Positions 17,145 through 27,356 of a stretch of 64,000 nucleotides of DNA are shown here, piece after piece. Positions within the stretch are counted from its first letter, which is position 1, and each line of letters begins with the position of its first letter. The notes under the pieces are model-generated. The model saw only the letters and a program-made list of their open reading frames with translations. It had not been told where the DNA came from and did no database searches. The DNA is from a virus. The translations under genes were made by a program, and so were the position numbers. The stretch is from IMG/VR virus record IMGVR_UViG_3300019487_000024, positions 1 to 64,000 of that record; one strand, written 5' to 3'.

Positions 17145-17969
17145 ATGCCAGATCAAATGATTCCAATCACCCGGCCAACCGTGAGCAATCCGGTGCCGCC
17201 AGTTACGCCTGTAGAGTCTAAATTTCCAACCGAAGTCATCGGTCTTCCAAGCAAGGGATGGTTCTATCCAACGGACAACCCACTGTCGTACGGCACGCTT
17301 GAACTGAAAATGATGACTGCCAAAGAAGAAGACATCCTCACGTCACGCAACCTTATCCAAAAGAACATTGTCCTTGACAAGCTTCTTGAGTCTATCGTCA
17401 TTGACAAGACCATTAAGTTGGATGACATGCTCATTTGTGACCGAAACGCCGTGTTCTTTGCCATTCGCCGCCTTGCGTATGGTGATCAATACGATGCCAA
17501 GATTACTTGCGGTCGCTGTGCAAAGGAGAATGATATTTCTATCGATCTGGCAAAGCTTGACAACCGCCCATTCAAGTTTGAAGAGCATACCAAGGGTGAG
17601 AACAGCTTCAAATTTGATCTTCCATTTTCCAAGAAGACAATCACGTTCAAACTTCTGTCCAAGAAAGACGAATCGGCGATTGACTTGGAACTTCAAGGAT
17701 TGACAAAAGTTTACAAAGATGTCAGTAAGGAAGTTACTACTCGCCTCGCACATTTGATTACGAGTGTTGATGGTAACACCGAGACTGCTCGTATTCGTAA
17801 ATTTGTCAACGAAGAACTTCCTTCCAAAGACAGCTTGGCTCTACGTCGCCACATTCGGGAAACCATGCCCGATATTGACTCCACCTTCGATTTCGCTTGC
17901 GGACATTGTGGGTTGGAGCGAAAGGAGGAGACGCCGATGGGCGTATCCTTTTTTTGGCCTAACGGATGA
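17145..17969 (+). CDS. Baseplate hub/tail assembly chaperone (T4 gp26-like)
   Basis: LPSKG.FY, MTAKEEDIL, CxxC pairs, terminal FFWP; lies upstream of the tape measure gene. Confidence 0.75.
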   Translation: MPDQMIPITRPTVSNPVPPVTPVESKFPTEVIGLPSKGWFYPTDNPLSYGTLELKMMTAKEEDILTSRNLIQKNIVLDKLLESIVIDKTIKLDDMLICDRNAVFFAIRRLAYGDQYDAKITCGRCAKENDISIDLAKLDNRPFKFEEHTKGENSFKFDLPFSKKTITFKLLSKKDESAIDLELQGLTKVYKDVSKEVTTRLAHLITSVDGNTETARIRKFVNEELPSKDSLALRRHIRETMPDIDSTFDFACGHCGLERKEETPMGVSFFWPNG

Positions 17970-18195
17970 GTACAAAGTAAATCTTCACGATCTTCTCTTT
18001 GATCTATGCAAAATCGGTAACTTAGGTTACGATGCTGCATATTCCATGCCCGTCCATTACAGGACATTCTATATTCGTAAACTTATCAAGGACCAAGAGA
18101 AGGACAAGGTGAGATACGAGAAAGAGAAGGCAGCAGCAGAAGGAAAGACCACGAGTCAAGGATTTGCTCGTGGTCCTGCCGTTGAACGCCGTTAG
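17950..18195 (+). CDS. Probable frameshifted extension of the tail chaperone (GT-like product)
   Basis: The +1 frame is open from the T7 run (17949-17955), reading FFGLTDEYK...AYSMPVHYRTFYIRKL; it has no suitable start of its own. Confidence 0.6.
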   Translation, partial: FFGLTDEYKVNLHDLLFDLCKIGNLGYDAAYSMPVHYRTFYIRKLIKDQEKDKVRYEKEKAAAEGKTTSQGFARGPAVERR

Positions 18196-18485
18196 TAATT
18201 GTTCATACCCGCCAAGATTGCAAGAGTCACAATCCAAGTGGCGATGCAGACAATCCAAAGTCCAATTCGCATCCGGCGAAGTTGACGCTGTGCGACACGA
18301 ATCTTGTTTGCGTCGTTTCCCCAGCATCGGTCGTACATCCCTTTGCAGAGAAGTGGCTCCAATGCGGGAGCAAAGAGCAAACCAATGAACAGCGTCAGAA
18401 ACGCCACACCCGCCAACGTGGAGAGAATTCGCTTTGAATCGGCGACCAATCCACCCAAGAACGTGTTTTCATTTTCCAGCATCAT
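18192..18485 (-). CDS. Small two-TM membrane protein
   Basis: Two hydrophobic segments; own minus-strand TTGACT-N16-TAGATT promoter (18492-18519). Confidence 0.6.
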   Translation of the reverse strand: MMLENENTFLGGLVADSKRILSTLAGVAFLTLFIGLLFAPALEPLLCKGMYDRCWGNDANKIRVAQRQLRRMRIGLWIVCIATWIVTLAILAGMNNY

Positions 18486-18575
18486 GGCATCAATCTACCA
18501 TGCTTCTATAAAAAGTCAAGTGCCAAATTGAAATCCGCAAGAAAATCTTGATGACAGGCTATTTATAATAAGAGT

Positions 18576-20891
18576 ATGCCCGACATCAACGTGCCAAATA
18601 GTATTCAGAATGTTGTCCAAGAGAGTATGGACGCTCTGAATGTGCAACGCCAGCTTGAGCAAAGCCTTGCCAATCAAACAACTGCCTTGGAGCAGATGCT
18701 CGGTATTTCCTCCGCACTGAAGAATTCCTTCGTTCAACGTCTTACCCGTGAAGTAGAATTGGGTCGCACAGTTAAGAACATTGAAAAGCAACTTCAAGAT
18801 CAAAAGAAACACACGGCAACTTTGACCGACGAGGCAAAACGTGCCGAATCAAAACTTGTTGAAGATGGTCTTGCTCAACAACTCTCTGCATACAGTAAAG
18901 AACTTGAAATACTTCGCAAGGTCAACGGAGCAGCAATTGGTCCTATGCTTTACTTCTTGGGACAAGCATGGGAACTATTCAAGAGTCTTGACAAGGCGGC
19001 AGCGAATTTCAGACAAACGATGGGATTTGTTCGTGCCACGGCATCTGATTTGAGAAAGGTTGCCGAACAGACCGCAATTGATTTCATGCATGTTGGTGTT
19101 AACATTGACACTGCATATTCTTCCATTTTGGCTTTGGGTAAAGAAATGGGAAGTGTTCACGCAATATCTTCTGATTTGGTTAAAACGACCGCAGTATTAA
19201 AATCTCAGTTGGGAGTTTCGGAAGACGCCTCGGCAGGTTTCTTGAGAAATATGGCAGCGATTGCCGGAAGCTCTATGGAAGCTCAGAAGGACATGGCATT
19301 CATGGCGGGGGCTTTGTCTAATGCCGCTGGTGTTCCTCTCCCTGCCATTATGAAGGATATTGCAACGAAGTCCAATACTACGTTGACAATGATGTCTCGT
19401 CTTCCTACTCAAGTCATTCGTACGGCATTAGAACTTCGCAAGATGGGAACTGACTTGGATAAGGCGGCAAAGTCTAGTCGTGAAATTTTGAACTTCACGG
19501 ACAGCGTGAATGCAGAAATGGAAGCCTCAGTATTGTTGGGACATTCCATCAACTTGCAACGTGCTCGTGAATTGGCATATCGCCGTGATATTGCAGGTTC
19601 CACTAAAGAGATTCTTAGAATTACTAAGAGTATCAGTTTTGAAAACCTAGACGTGTCTCAACAAGAAGCATTTGCTCGTGCGACGGGAAAGAGCGTGGAC
19701 GAATTACTTTCATTGGTACAATCCGAGAAGCAATGGCAAGCAGCCCGCAAAGACCCTGCGTTAGCGGGACGTGTCGCTGCTTATGAAAAGTTGAGAGAAT
19801 CCAACGAAGCCGCAGCAAAAGCCGCAGGAAAGAATTTGGAGTTCTTGATTATGACCAGTTCTAATCAGGAACGATTGACCGCCATCAGCCAGAAATGGAG
19901 TCAGATTCTTGCACAGGCAGGACAGATTCTTCTTCCAATCATTGATGTTGCTCTTGACTTGGTTATTCCAGTAATGGACATCGCCCGTGGTATTGCAGGA
20001 TGGTATTTGGCATTGAAAACTGTCGGACCAATCCTTGCACCTATCGTCAATTTCGTGACGAAGATATTTGAATGGGTTAAAGCTATTGGTGTGGCTGGCA
20101 CTACGGTTGGTGGGGTATTTGCACGGGTTGGTGGATTTTTTGGAAGAATTTTCGGATTCGTGGCAGAGCTTTTCCCGTGGGTAGGACGTTTGTTTGGAAT
20201 GTTCGGAAAATTCTTGGGACCAATTGGTCTTATCATCACGGCATTTCAATTTGTTGTCAACTTGTTCAAACGATTGCATGGTATTGGCGATGCATTTAAG
20301 GAAGGTATTTTGAATGGTATCTGGTTTGGTATCAAAGCAATTGGTGGGGCGTTGTATGATACATTGCTCAAACCATTTGTGGATGCATGGAACTGGATTA
20401 AGGGAATTTTCATTGGAAAGTCTCCCTCGGCTCTTGGACTTGGAATAGTTAAGGGCATTATGTCGGTTGCAGCTATGGTATTTGATGCTCTTACTTATCC
20501 GTGGAGAAAGTTCTTGGCTTGGGTCTTGGACAAGATTCCCGGTATGGGCAAGTATGCCAAAGGATTGCGTGAAGGTGCTGGTGGATTGCTCGCTAAGTCA
20601 GTTGAGAGCGAAACCAAGGCAGCAAATGTACCGGCACAAAAGATTGCTCCCGAACCTGCGAAAGTTCCCGGAACAAATGAAAAGCCTAATGGTGCGGTTG
20701 CTCCTGCGGGCGAGATGCCTCCAATTGAGTCCCCCGATAAGGTGTTTCAAGACATCTTGTCTTCAATAAAGGAACTGAATGCTAATCTTCAAAGCGGAAA
20801 GATTGGTATTTATTTGGATGGACAGTTAGTGTCTGCAACTCTGGCTCGTCAAAGCGAGTTCCGAGGCGGTTTCGGCGTGAATAAGGTCTAA
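18576..20891 (+). CDS. Tail tape measure protein
   Basis: Ala/Leu-rich helical protein with amphipathic aromatic-spaced C-terminal half and terminal IYLDG; follows the chaperone. Confidence 0.8.
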   Translation: MPDINVPNSIQNVVQESMDALNVQRQLEQSLANQTTALEQMLGISSALKNSFVQRLTREVELGRTVKNIEKQLQDQKKHTATLTDEAKRAESKLVEDGLAQQLSAYSKELEILRKVNGAAIGPMLYFLGQAWELFKSLDKAAANFRQTMGFVRATASDLRKVAEQTAIDFMHVGVNIDTAYSSILALGKEMGSVHAISSDLVKTTAVLKSQLGVSEDASAGFLRNMAAIAGSSMEAQKDMAFMAGALSNAAGVPLPAIMKDIATKSNTTLTMMSRLPTQVIRTALELRKMGTDLDKAAKSSREILNFTDSVNAEMEASVLLGHSINLQRARELAYRRDIAGSTKEILRITKSISFENLDVSQQEAFARATGKSVDELLSLVQSEKQWQAARKDPALAGRVAAYEKLRESNEAAAKAAGKNLEFLIMTSSNQERLTAISQKWSQILAQAGQILLPIIDVALDLVIPVMDIARGIAGWYLALKTVGPILAPIVNFVTKIFEWVKAIGVAGTTVGGVFARVGGFFGRIFGFVAELFPWVGRLFGMFGKFLGPIGLIITAFQFVVNLFKRLHGIGDAFKEGILNGIWFGIKAIGGALYDTLLKPFVDAWNWIKGIFIGKSPSALGLGIVKGIMSVAAMVFDALTYPWRKFLAWVLDKIPGMGKYAKGLREGAGGLLAKSVESETKAANVPAQKIAPEPAKVPGTNEKPNGAVAPAGEMPPIESPDKVFQDILSSIKELNANLQSGKIGIYLDGQLVSATLARQSEFRGGFGVNKV

Positions 20892-20894
20892 AAT

Positions 20895-23144
20895 ATGGCA
20901 TTTCAACCAATAACGATTCCGACGAATTTCCCAAACATTCCAACGCCGGGAAAGATTCAAATCCTGTGGGATGCCAATAGCACTAAGCTTTATCGTCGGC
21001 TGTCTCCTTACACAGACTATCATCAAAGTTTGATTGGTGGAGCAACACAAGAACCATTTTTCTATACTTTCATCGACCAAGCTGGTAAAGGAGTTTCAGG
21101 ACTCAAGAAGTATGAGTCCCGACTTTTTCCCATTGGATCGGCACCAATTGATGTAATCCGAACCTCCAAATTCTTGGCTTCGGGTAATGGTATCATTTTC
21201 TTGGGTAAGCAGTTCTTGCTGCAAACCGGAAATGCATACAACGAAACTCGTATTTACAACCCAACCTCTCCAATTGTGGCAGCGGGTATGGGATTGGCTT
21301 TGGGAGCGGTTCGCCCGCAACGCAATTTTGATACATCGGGGGGCTTGGGCGGCATTGCTCGTACATTGATTGGTAATCAAATTCCAGATGCTCTGTTTGG
21401 AGCACCTAAAGTAAGTCCTCCTAGCGGAACGGTTAGTGGTGCATTACCCGATGCAACCCTGAATACGGGTGGAAAGGGATTGCTTCGTGCAGGCACGGCA
21501 AATCGTGGACTTAGCCATTTGAATTTGGCTTGGCCACAAAACACCAAAGGGTCAAGCCTCGCAAGTAGTTTCGGAGCAGCCGTCAAGGGACTGGTTACTT
21601 CCATGTTCGCCAATTTCATCCCACAAAACCAAAATGGAATGGTTGCAAGAAGTGATGAAGGAACTTATGGAATGATGGTTGGAGCAGGTTCGGCAAAGTT
21701 TACGTATGTTGGACGTGATGGTAGCACGTTTGGATTCGTTCAACAATGGATTGCAGGATCAAAGACGATTCGTAAGGCGGGGCAATATCCATCACGTCCA
21801 TCACGTCTATTCGTTGGACCATTTGGAGAACCAGTTGAAGTTCTCAATGATAATCTTCAAAGCAAAGACATTCCCGGTATTGGTGAGGTTGGTTATACCG
21901 TTGCGGAAAGTACTAAAGCCAACAACCCCGGATTTCGGTATGGTGATAGTCTAGGTAAAGACAAAGATGGAGATTATGCGGCGTCTGACGTGATGATTCA
22001 ATACTCAGAATTTGTCAAGGAAGCAAATGAATTTCCAACCAAGCAAACCAATCAAGACCTTGTTGCTAAGACCAACATTGCCTTGATCAAGACGCTTGAT
22101 AGAATTCGAGCGGCTAGTGGTGGGACTTATACGGTTGATGTTCCTGACAATGCCAAAGTAATCAGTAGTGGACAGGCGGACAAGAATGGATATGATCGTC
22201 TCTTTGCTACGAATAAGAAAGGCGTCGGACCAATCAACTACCCTATTGGTGTTCTTCAGGATTATCGCACGAGTCGTGTGGTTGACAATACGTTGACTAC
22301 AAATGCAGCGTTGAAGTCTTTGAAGCTTCCAACAGCAGGACATTTTGATGCACTGAATACGCTCACGGTTCTTAATAAGGATCAAAAAATACCCAACTCT
22401 AAACTGAAGGGATGGACCCAATGGCAACCTTATGTGGACGATCAGATTGCATTGTATTTCTATGACGTTGTAAATGAGAAATACATTCCATTCCGTGCAT
22501 CCATTAAGGGACTTTCAGAAACCGACACGGCAAATTGGGAAGAACTCCAATTCATCGGTCGTGGTGATAAAGTGTATGCCTATGGAGGATTCAATAGGAA
22601 TCTTTCGTTCGGAATCAGCATATGTATCAACAGTATTGCGGAACTTGCCCCATCGTGGCAGAGAATTAACTATTTGACTACGTTGGTAAAGCCAGCAAAC
22701 TATACTGTGGCTAAGTTTAATGATGCCGGGTTGAATCGGTCGGTTACAAATCGTTTCATGATTCCTCCGATGATTATGCTTACTCTTGGAGACATGTATA
22801 AAGATCAACCAGTGCTTATACAATCCATTGCAGTCACGGTTCCCGATGATGCAACGTGGGAGACACAGAACCAATTTAATACTGACGAATGGGAGTATTT
22901 GGCGTCATACATCAAAGCCCCCGGAGTTCTTTATGGACAGCTTCCAAAACAAGTGGAGATTTCCTTGGGTCTTGTTCTTCTTGAGAAAGAGAGGGCAATT
23001 GTTGGTGGTGCAAACTTTGGACATGCTCCGAGAATGGATGATGACCAATCCAAATGGAATACGGAAACTATTCCGACTGGTGGAACTCCATCTAAGCTTC
23101 ATCAATCGTGGGTTGTGAGCAAGGATAATACCACTGTAGAATAA
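20895..23144 (+). CDS. Baseplate/tail-tube-initiator-like protein
   Basis: C-terminal FRA.IKGLSE...W...IGRGDKVYAYGGFNR...PP...LTLGD.Y tube-fold-like motif; follows the tape measure gene. Confidence 0.6.
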   Translation: MAFQPITIPTNFPNIPTPGKIQILWDANSTKLYRRLSPYTDYHQSLIGGATQEPFFYTFIDQAGKGVSGLKKYESRLFPIGSAPIDVIRTSKFLASGNGIIFLGKQFLLQTGNAYNETRIYNPTSPIVAAGMGLALGAVRPQRNFDTSGGLGGIARTLIGNQIPDALFGAPKVSPPSGTVSGALPDATLNTGGKGLLRAGTANRGLSHLNLAWPQNTKGSSLASSFGAAVKGLVTSMFANFIPQNQNGMVARSDEGTYGMMVGAGSAKFTYVGRDGSTFGFVQQWIAGSKTIRKAGQYPSRPSRLFVGPFGEPVEVLNDNLQSKDIPGIGEVGYTVAESTKANNPGFRYGDSLGKDKDGDYAASDVMIQYSEFVKEANEFPTKQTNQDLVAKTNIALIKTLDRIRAASGGTYTVDVPDNAKVISSGQADKNGYDRLFATNKKGVGPINYPIGVLQDYRTSRVVDNTLTTNAALKSLKLPTAGHFDALNTLTVLNKDQKIPNSKLKGWTQWQPYVDDQIALYFYDVVNEKYIPFRASIKGLSETDTANWEELQFIGRGDKVYAYGGFNRNLSFGISICINSIAELAPSWQRINYLTTLVKPANYTVAKFNDAGLNRSVTNRFMIPPMIMLTLGDMYKDQPVLIQSIAVTVPDDATWETQNQFNTDEWEYLASYIKAPGVLYGQLPKQVEISLGLVLLEKERAIVGGANFGHAPRMDDDQSKWNTETIPTGGTPSKLHQSWVVSKDNTTVE

Positions 23145-23147
23145 TCT

Positions 23148-23444
23148 ATGAAACGCTACGCAAACATCCCGGTGCAGAACCGATACGATGGAAAACGAGT
23201 CTATAAGACAACTGTTTATCCAATCATTTTGCCTGCGGACACAGACCTTCAAGTAGTATCAAATGAAGGAGACTACTTGGACACCTTGGCATACAAATAC
23301 TATGGAGACCCAACTCTCTATTGGATCATTGCCATTGTAAACAAAATTGGAAAAGGACGCCTAAGTGTTCAAGGAGGATTGACTCTTAGAATCCCCACAA
23401 ATGTCAATGACATCATAGACCAATTCAACAGACTGAACGTTTAA
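23148..23444 (+). CDS. LysM-like baseplate wedge protein (gp53/tail-X-like)
   Basis: GDYLDTLAYKYYGDPTLYWIIA..N...LRIP. Confidence 0.8.
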   Translation: MKRYANIPVQNRYDGKRVYKTTVYPIILPADTDLQVVSNEGDYLDTLAYKYYGDPTLYWIIAIVNKIGKGRLSVQGGLTLRIPTNVNDIIDQFNRLNV

Positions 23445-23450
23445 TAAGTT

Positions 23451-25925
23451 ATGCCAGCACCTATCATACCGTGGGAACCATGTAACATCCCCGAAGAGAT
23501 TCAGGCAGAACTGAATCGTCGCAAAATCAATCGTAGTTTTCATTATATTGATGGTGCCAAGGGAGAGTGGGACGGAAACACTGGTGAATGGACCAAATAT
23601 CGTGGTCCTATGACGCCGTGGATTCGTTTTTGTTCCAATGGTGCGGGCAGAGTTGGAAAAGATGGTCGTGAGGACAAACAAGGATTTGTGTTCTCCGGGG
23701 GAAAGAATTTCTATAATGGTTATGGATTCGTTCAAAACGCTAGTGGAAGTATGGATAGCATCATTGGCTACATGCCCGATGGAACCCCTCACATCATTGA
23801 TAATGACATTCGCACGAGTGATTATCCAATCCATGTTCCTTCTCCTGAGATTGAGAAAATTAGCGTCACAATTCAGAAGGAACTGTTCCGCCGAGCATCG
23901 GTTGAGTGGGTGTGTTTCTCTAAGAAACAATTGGAGTACATGACTCCCTACTTCTTGATTCCCGGTCTTACATGCATACTTGAATGGGGATGGAACCACT
24001 ATGATGCAACATCTCTTCTTCGCCTAGATAAGATTGATGAACTAAAGAGATTGAATGACAATCCCTACCCACTCTATACAGATCACATTCTTAGGTCCAA
24101 AGGAAATTATGACGTTTTGTTCGGAAAAATCACTCATTTTGAATGGTCGGTGGATGGAAACAAAATCCGATGCAAGACCGAAATCACATCGCAAGACAGA
24201 ATCTATGCGGGGTTGGTCGTTGATTCCAATTCGGTTGATCAGGTTAAGAATTCCAAAGGAGAGAAGACGGATGTTAAACCGCTCAACAACCTCACTCAAT
24301 TTGTTGATAAAGTGTTGACAAAAATGAAAGAAATCAACACGAACAAGGCTGAACCATCTTCCGAACTGAGGGGGTTTTTGAGGTATTTGCAGAAAGTCCA
24401 TCCAACCAATTGGAAAGAATATTGGTATGGTGTCTTCTATGGACGTGACCCCGAAGACACAAAAAAGGATGTCATTCCATACGACAACAAGAAAGAAGAC
24501 TTTGATCGAAAGGCTCCAAACCAAGAAGTATGGATCAACCTTGGTCTTTTGATGGAAGCAATCAATTTCAATACTGATGCCCTCAAGTCATTTAAGAATC
24601 ATCCAATGTTTAGGGTTGATATTGATGATTGCGTCATCAGTGGGCATCCAAATTTGATTTCCACTGACGGAAGTGTGTTGCTGATTCCAAACGCCGAAGC
24701 TCCCAAGTATTTCTCTGGACGCTTTGGGTTCACTCCTGCCGAAGCCAAGAACAACAAAGAAGCCGACTTCAAAGCTCTGGATAACATCAACAATCCACTC
24801 GTCAAAGTTCCCGACAAGAAAGAAGAAGCTCAGAAGCAAAACAAGCTGGCAGATTATCGGGTGTTTATGATTTGCAAACAGCGTGGGGGTGCTCGTCGTG
24901 ATAATTTGGATGAAGTAATAAACCGCATTCGTTACGAGAACAACCCAAAAACCAAGAGCACGTTTGAATTTCCGTTTCTGAATGATGTTCCAAGCGTACC
25001 GGGGTCTAAAGACTATCCACGTCGTTATGCGGGCTTCCTGAAGCATTTGTATTTCAATGTTGGATGCTTACAAGATATGTTGTCTAAAGATGCAGACATC
25101 AAAACATATCCACAATTGATTGAGAAAATCATGGAGAAGATTAGTGATTCGGCTGGAAATTTTTGGGATTTCCGTCTGGTATCTGGAACTGGAAAGAAAG
25201 ATTTGAATGGAAATGAATTGGCAACAATGAAAATTGTGGACTACCGATTCATGAGCACTGCCAACCGTGGTGTTCCTTATAGCTTTGATTACTTTGATGC
25301 AGACAGCTTGCTTCAAGGATTTGGTTTTAAGCCAACCTTGAGTAATGCCCAAGCAATCCGAACAATTTACGCTCAAACCAACAATCCAGATAAAAAGACT
25401 GCGTTGACCAATGGTGAAAATGAATTGTTGGACTATCATTTCCGTGACCGATTATTTTTGGATGAAGACCGTAAAGTGACTACAAGCACCACGCCCGACA
25501 CGTCTCAATTTTATGAAAGGATGCGAGAGTTACAACAGATTGCTCCGGTCGCCGGTGTGTATCAGATTACATCCAAAAACCAAATTGGTCTGCCATTTGT
25601 TCGTCGCTTGGTTCTTCCTTCTCCCGACGTGTTGACGCTTTTGTTGGATGACGACGATGAAGATAATAATCCAAAATACACGGGTATCATGCCGGGTATT
25701 CAGGCAAGCATTACTATTCAAGGAATCGGTGGACTGAGAACATTCATGATGTTTTTGGTTCGCAATGTTCCAGAACCATACTCTCACCAAAACATTGTCT
25801 TTCGTATTGTTGACGTGCAGGAAACGGTTGAAGCAAGCCGTTGGACGACGACAGTCACGGCTGGCATCATTCCTCTACGGGAGCAAATAAAGAAACGCCT
25901 CGGTTTCAACAGTAAAACAAATTGA
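23451..25925 (+). CDS. Baseplate hub-like large virion protein
   Basis: Follows the LysM gene; PG.T.ILEWGW, terminal GIGGLR...FRIVDV...WTT motifs. Confidence 0.6.
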   Translation: MPAPIIPWEPCNIPEEIQAELNRRKINRSFHYIDGAKGEWDGNTGEWTKYRGPMTPWIRFCSNGAGRVGKDGREDKQGFVFSGGKNFYNGYGFVQNASGSMDSIIGYMPDGTPHIIDNDIRTSDYPIHVPSPEIEKISVTIQKELFRRASVEWVCFSKKQLEYMTPYFLIPGLTCILEWGWNHYDATSLLRLDKIDELKRLNDNPYPLYTDHILRSKGNYDVLFGKITHFEWSVDGNKIRCKTEITSQDRIYAGLVVDSNSVDQVKNSKGEKTDVKPLNNLTQFVDKVLTKMKEINTNKAEPSSELRGFLRYLQKVHPTNWKEYWYGVFYGRDPEDTKKDVIPYDNKKEDFDRKAPNQEVWINLGLLMEAINFNTDALKSFKNHPMFRVDIDDCVISGHPNLISTDGSVLLIPNAEAPKYFSGRFGFTPAEAKNNKEADFKALDNINNPLVKVPDKKEEAQKQNKLADYRVFMICKQRGGARRDNLDEVINRIRYENNPKTKSTFEFPFLNDVPSVPGSKDYPRRYAGFLKHLYFNVGCLQDMLSKDADIKTYPQLIEKIMEKISDSAGNFWDFRLVSGTGKKDLNGNELATMKIVDYRFMSTANRGVPYSFDYFDADSLLQGFGFKPTLSNAQAIRTIYAQTNNPDKKTALTNGENELLDYHFRDRLFLDEDRKVTTSTTPDTSQFYERMRELQQIAPVAGVYQITSKNQIGLPFVRRLVLPSPDVLTLLLDDDDEDNNPKYTGIMPGIQASITIQGIGGLRTFMMFLVRNVPEPYSHQNIVFRIVDVQETVEASRWTTTVTAGIIPLREQIKKRLGFNSKTN

Positions 25926-25950
25926 CAGTTTCTATATCTTGTGGTAGTCT
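25922..25950 (+). promoter_or_regulatory. sigma70-type promoter
   Basis: TTGACA-N17-TAGTCT with extended -10 TG, 9 nt before ATG 25960. Confidence 0.7.
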
Positions 25951-25959
25951 GAATGGTTG

Positions 25960-27312
25960 ATGATAGAGACAGATTCAGATTTTCGCCGTTTCAAGACAGA
26001 AAATGCCGAAGGCGATTTGTTCGTGCATGTTGTTCCCACAGAGGAACAACAGCATCCAGTTGCCAATTCTCCGTCCGTCGTATTCATCCGAAACCTCTCA
26101 ACTGGAAGGACTTACTACTATTCCTTCAATCATCCAGATTCTCTTCCAGAAGTTTCTCGGCAAGACTTTTTTGAAGAGCTTGATTGCATGTCTGACCGTT
26201 TGTGGGCGATTGATAAGAAGGCAACGATCCAACTTCTCGGAGCAACGAAGGTCAACGACGTGAATCTTGTGAGCTACTTGAAAGACAACACCACCGTTGA
26301 CTTGTCGGAGTATGACACAACATCTCACTTTCTTGTTCGCAGCCATTCGGTTGGTCTTGGAAAGGTCGGGCTTGCGGTGCCTCTGATGAAGCATCTTGAA
26401 GCATTTGACGAATTGGCAGACGATGTTAAGAAGATCATCAAGAAGGCTGAAATCGACATTCCATTTGTCAGGTTCAATGATTTGATTATAGGAACTCTTG
26501 GGGAGATGGAACGTCAAGGAATCCATGTTGATCGAGAGTTGTTTAAGAAACACTTTGAAATTGACGTGGGGGAGAAGTCTATAACTCACAGTCAGTACAA
26601 CGTTTACACATCCACGGGAAGACCAAGTAATCGGTTTGGAGGCGTAAACTATGCGGCGTTGAATCAGACCGATGGTAGTCGTGGTTGTTTCCGTTCTCGG
26701 CACGGTGACAAAGGAAAGATTGTGGTTATTGATTACACTGCATTTCATCCTCGCATCATTTGTGCTCTCACCAAGTATCCAATATCGGTTGAGACGGACA
26801 TTTATGAGTATCTGGCTCGGCTCTTCTTCAAGAAAAAGGAAGTGGATGAAACCGACATCAAGAATGCCAAGCAATTGACGTTCCGGCAGCTATATGGAGG
26901 CGTGGAGGACAAGTATGCTCACATCAAATACTTGGCTAATCTCAAGACCTACATTGATGAACAGTGGGATTTCTTTCAGAAGAACGGGCACATTGTAACC
27001 CCATTCTTCAAGCGTAAAATCACGACTCACCACATTCAAGACCCGAACCCAACCAAGATTTTCAACTATATTCTTCAGGCAGTAGAAGGTGAGATTTCAA
27101 TCCCCAAATTGAAGGAAGTTCAGTCGTTCTTGGATGATAAAAAGACACGGGCAATCCTCTATACCTATGATGCTGTGTTGTATGACTATCACCAAGACGA
27201 TGGTATGGAGACCTTGAATGAAGTGTGTAAAATAATGAGCTTTGATGGCACATTTCCCATGAAAACATACATTGGGGACTCCTACCAAGACGTTCGTCTG
27301 TTCACAGTGTAA
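25960..27312 (+). CDS. Short family A DNA polymerase-like protein
   Basis: TGRPSN, motif A IDYTAFHPRI, motif B AKQLTFRQLYG, NYILQ, motif C-like YTYDAV. Confidence 0.75.
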   Translation: MIETDSDFRRFKTENAEGDLFVHVVPTEEQQHPVANSPSVVFIRNLSTGRTYYYSFNHPDSLPEVSRQDFFEELDCMSDRLWAIDKKATIQLLGATKVNDVNLVSYLKDNTTVDLSEYDTTSHFLVRSHSVGLGKVGLAVPLMKHLEAFDELADDVKKIIKKAEIDIPFVRFNDLIIGTLGEMERQGIHVDRELFKKHFEIDVGEKSITHSQYNVYTSTGRPSNRFGGVNYAALNQTDGSRGCFRSRHGDKGKIVVIDYTAFHPRIICALTKYPISVETDIYEYLARLFFKKKEVDETDIKNAKQLTFRQLYGGVEDKYAHIKYLANLKTYIDEQWDFFQKNGHIVTPFFKRKITTHHIQDPNPTKIFNYILQAVEGEISIPKLKEVQSFLDDKKTRAILYTYDAVLYDYHQDDGMETLNEVCKIMSFDGTFPMKTYIGDSYQDVRLFTV

Positions 27313-27356
27313 AATATCGTTTTTGGGTATCCTTTTGATATTTATAAATCAAAGAT

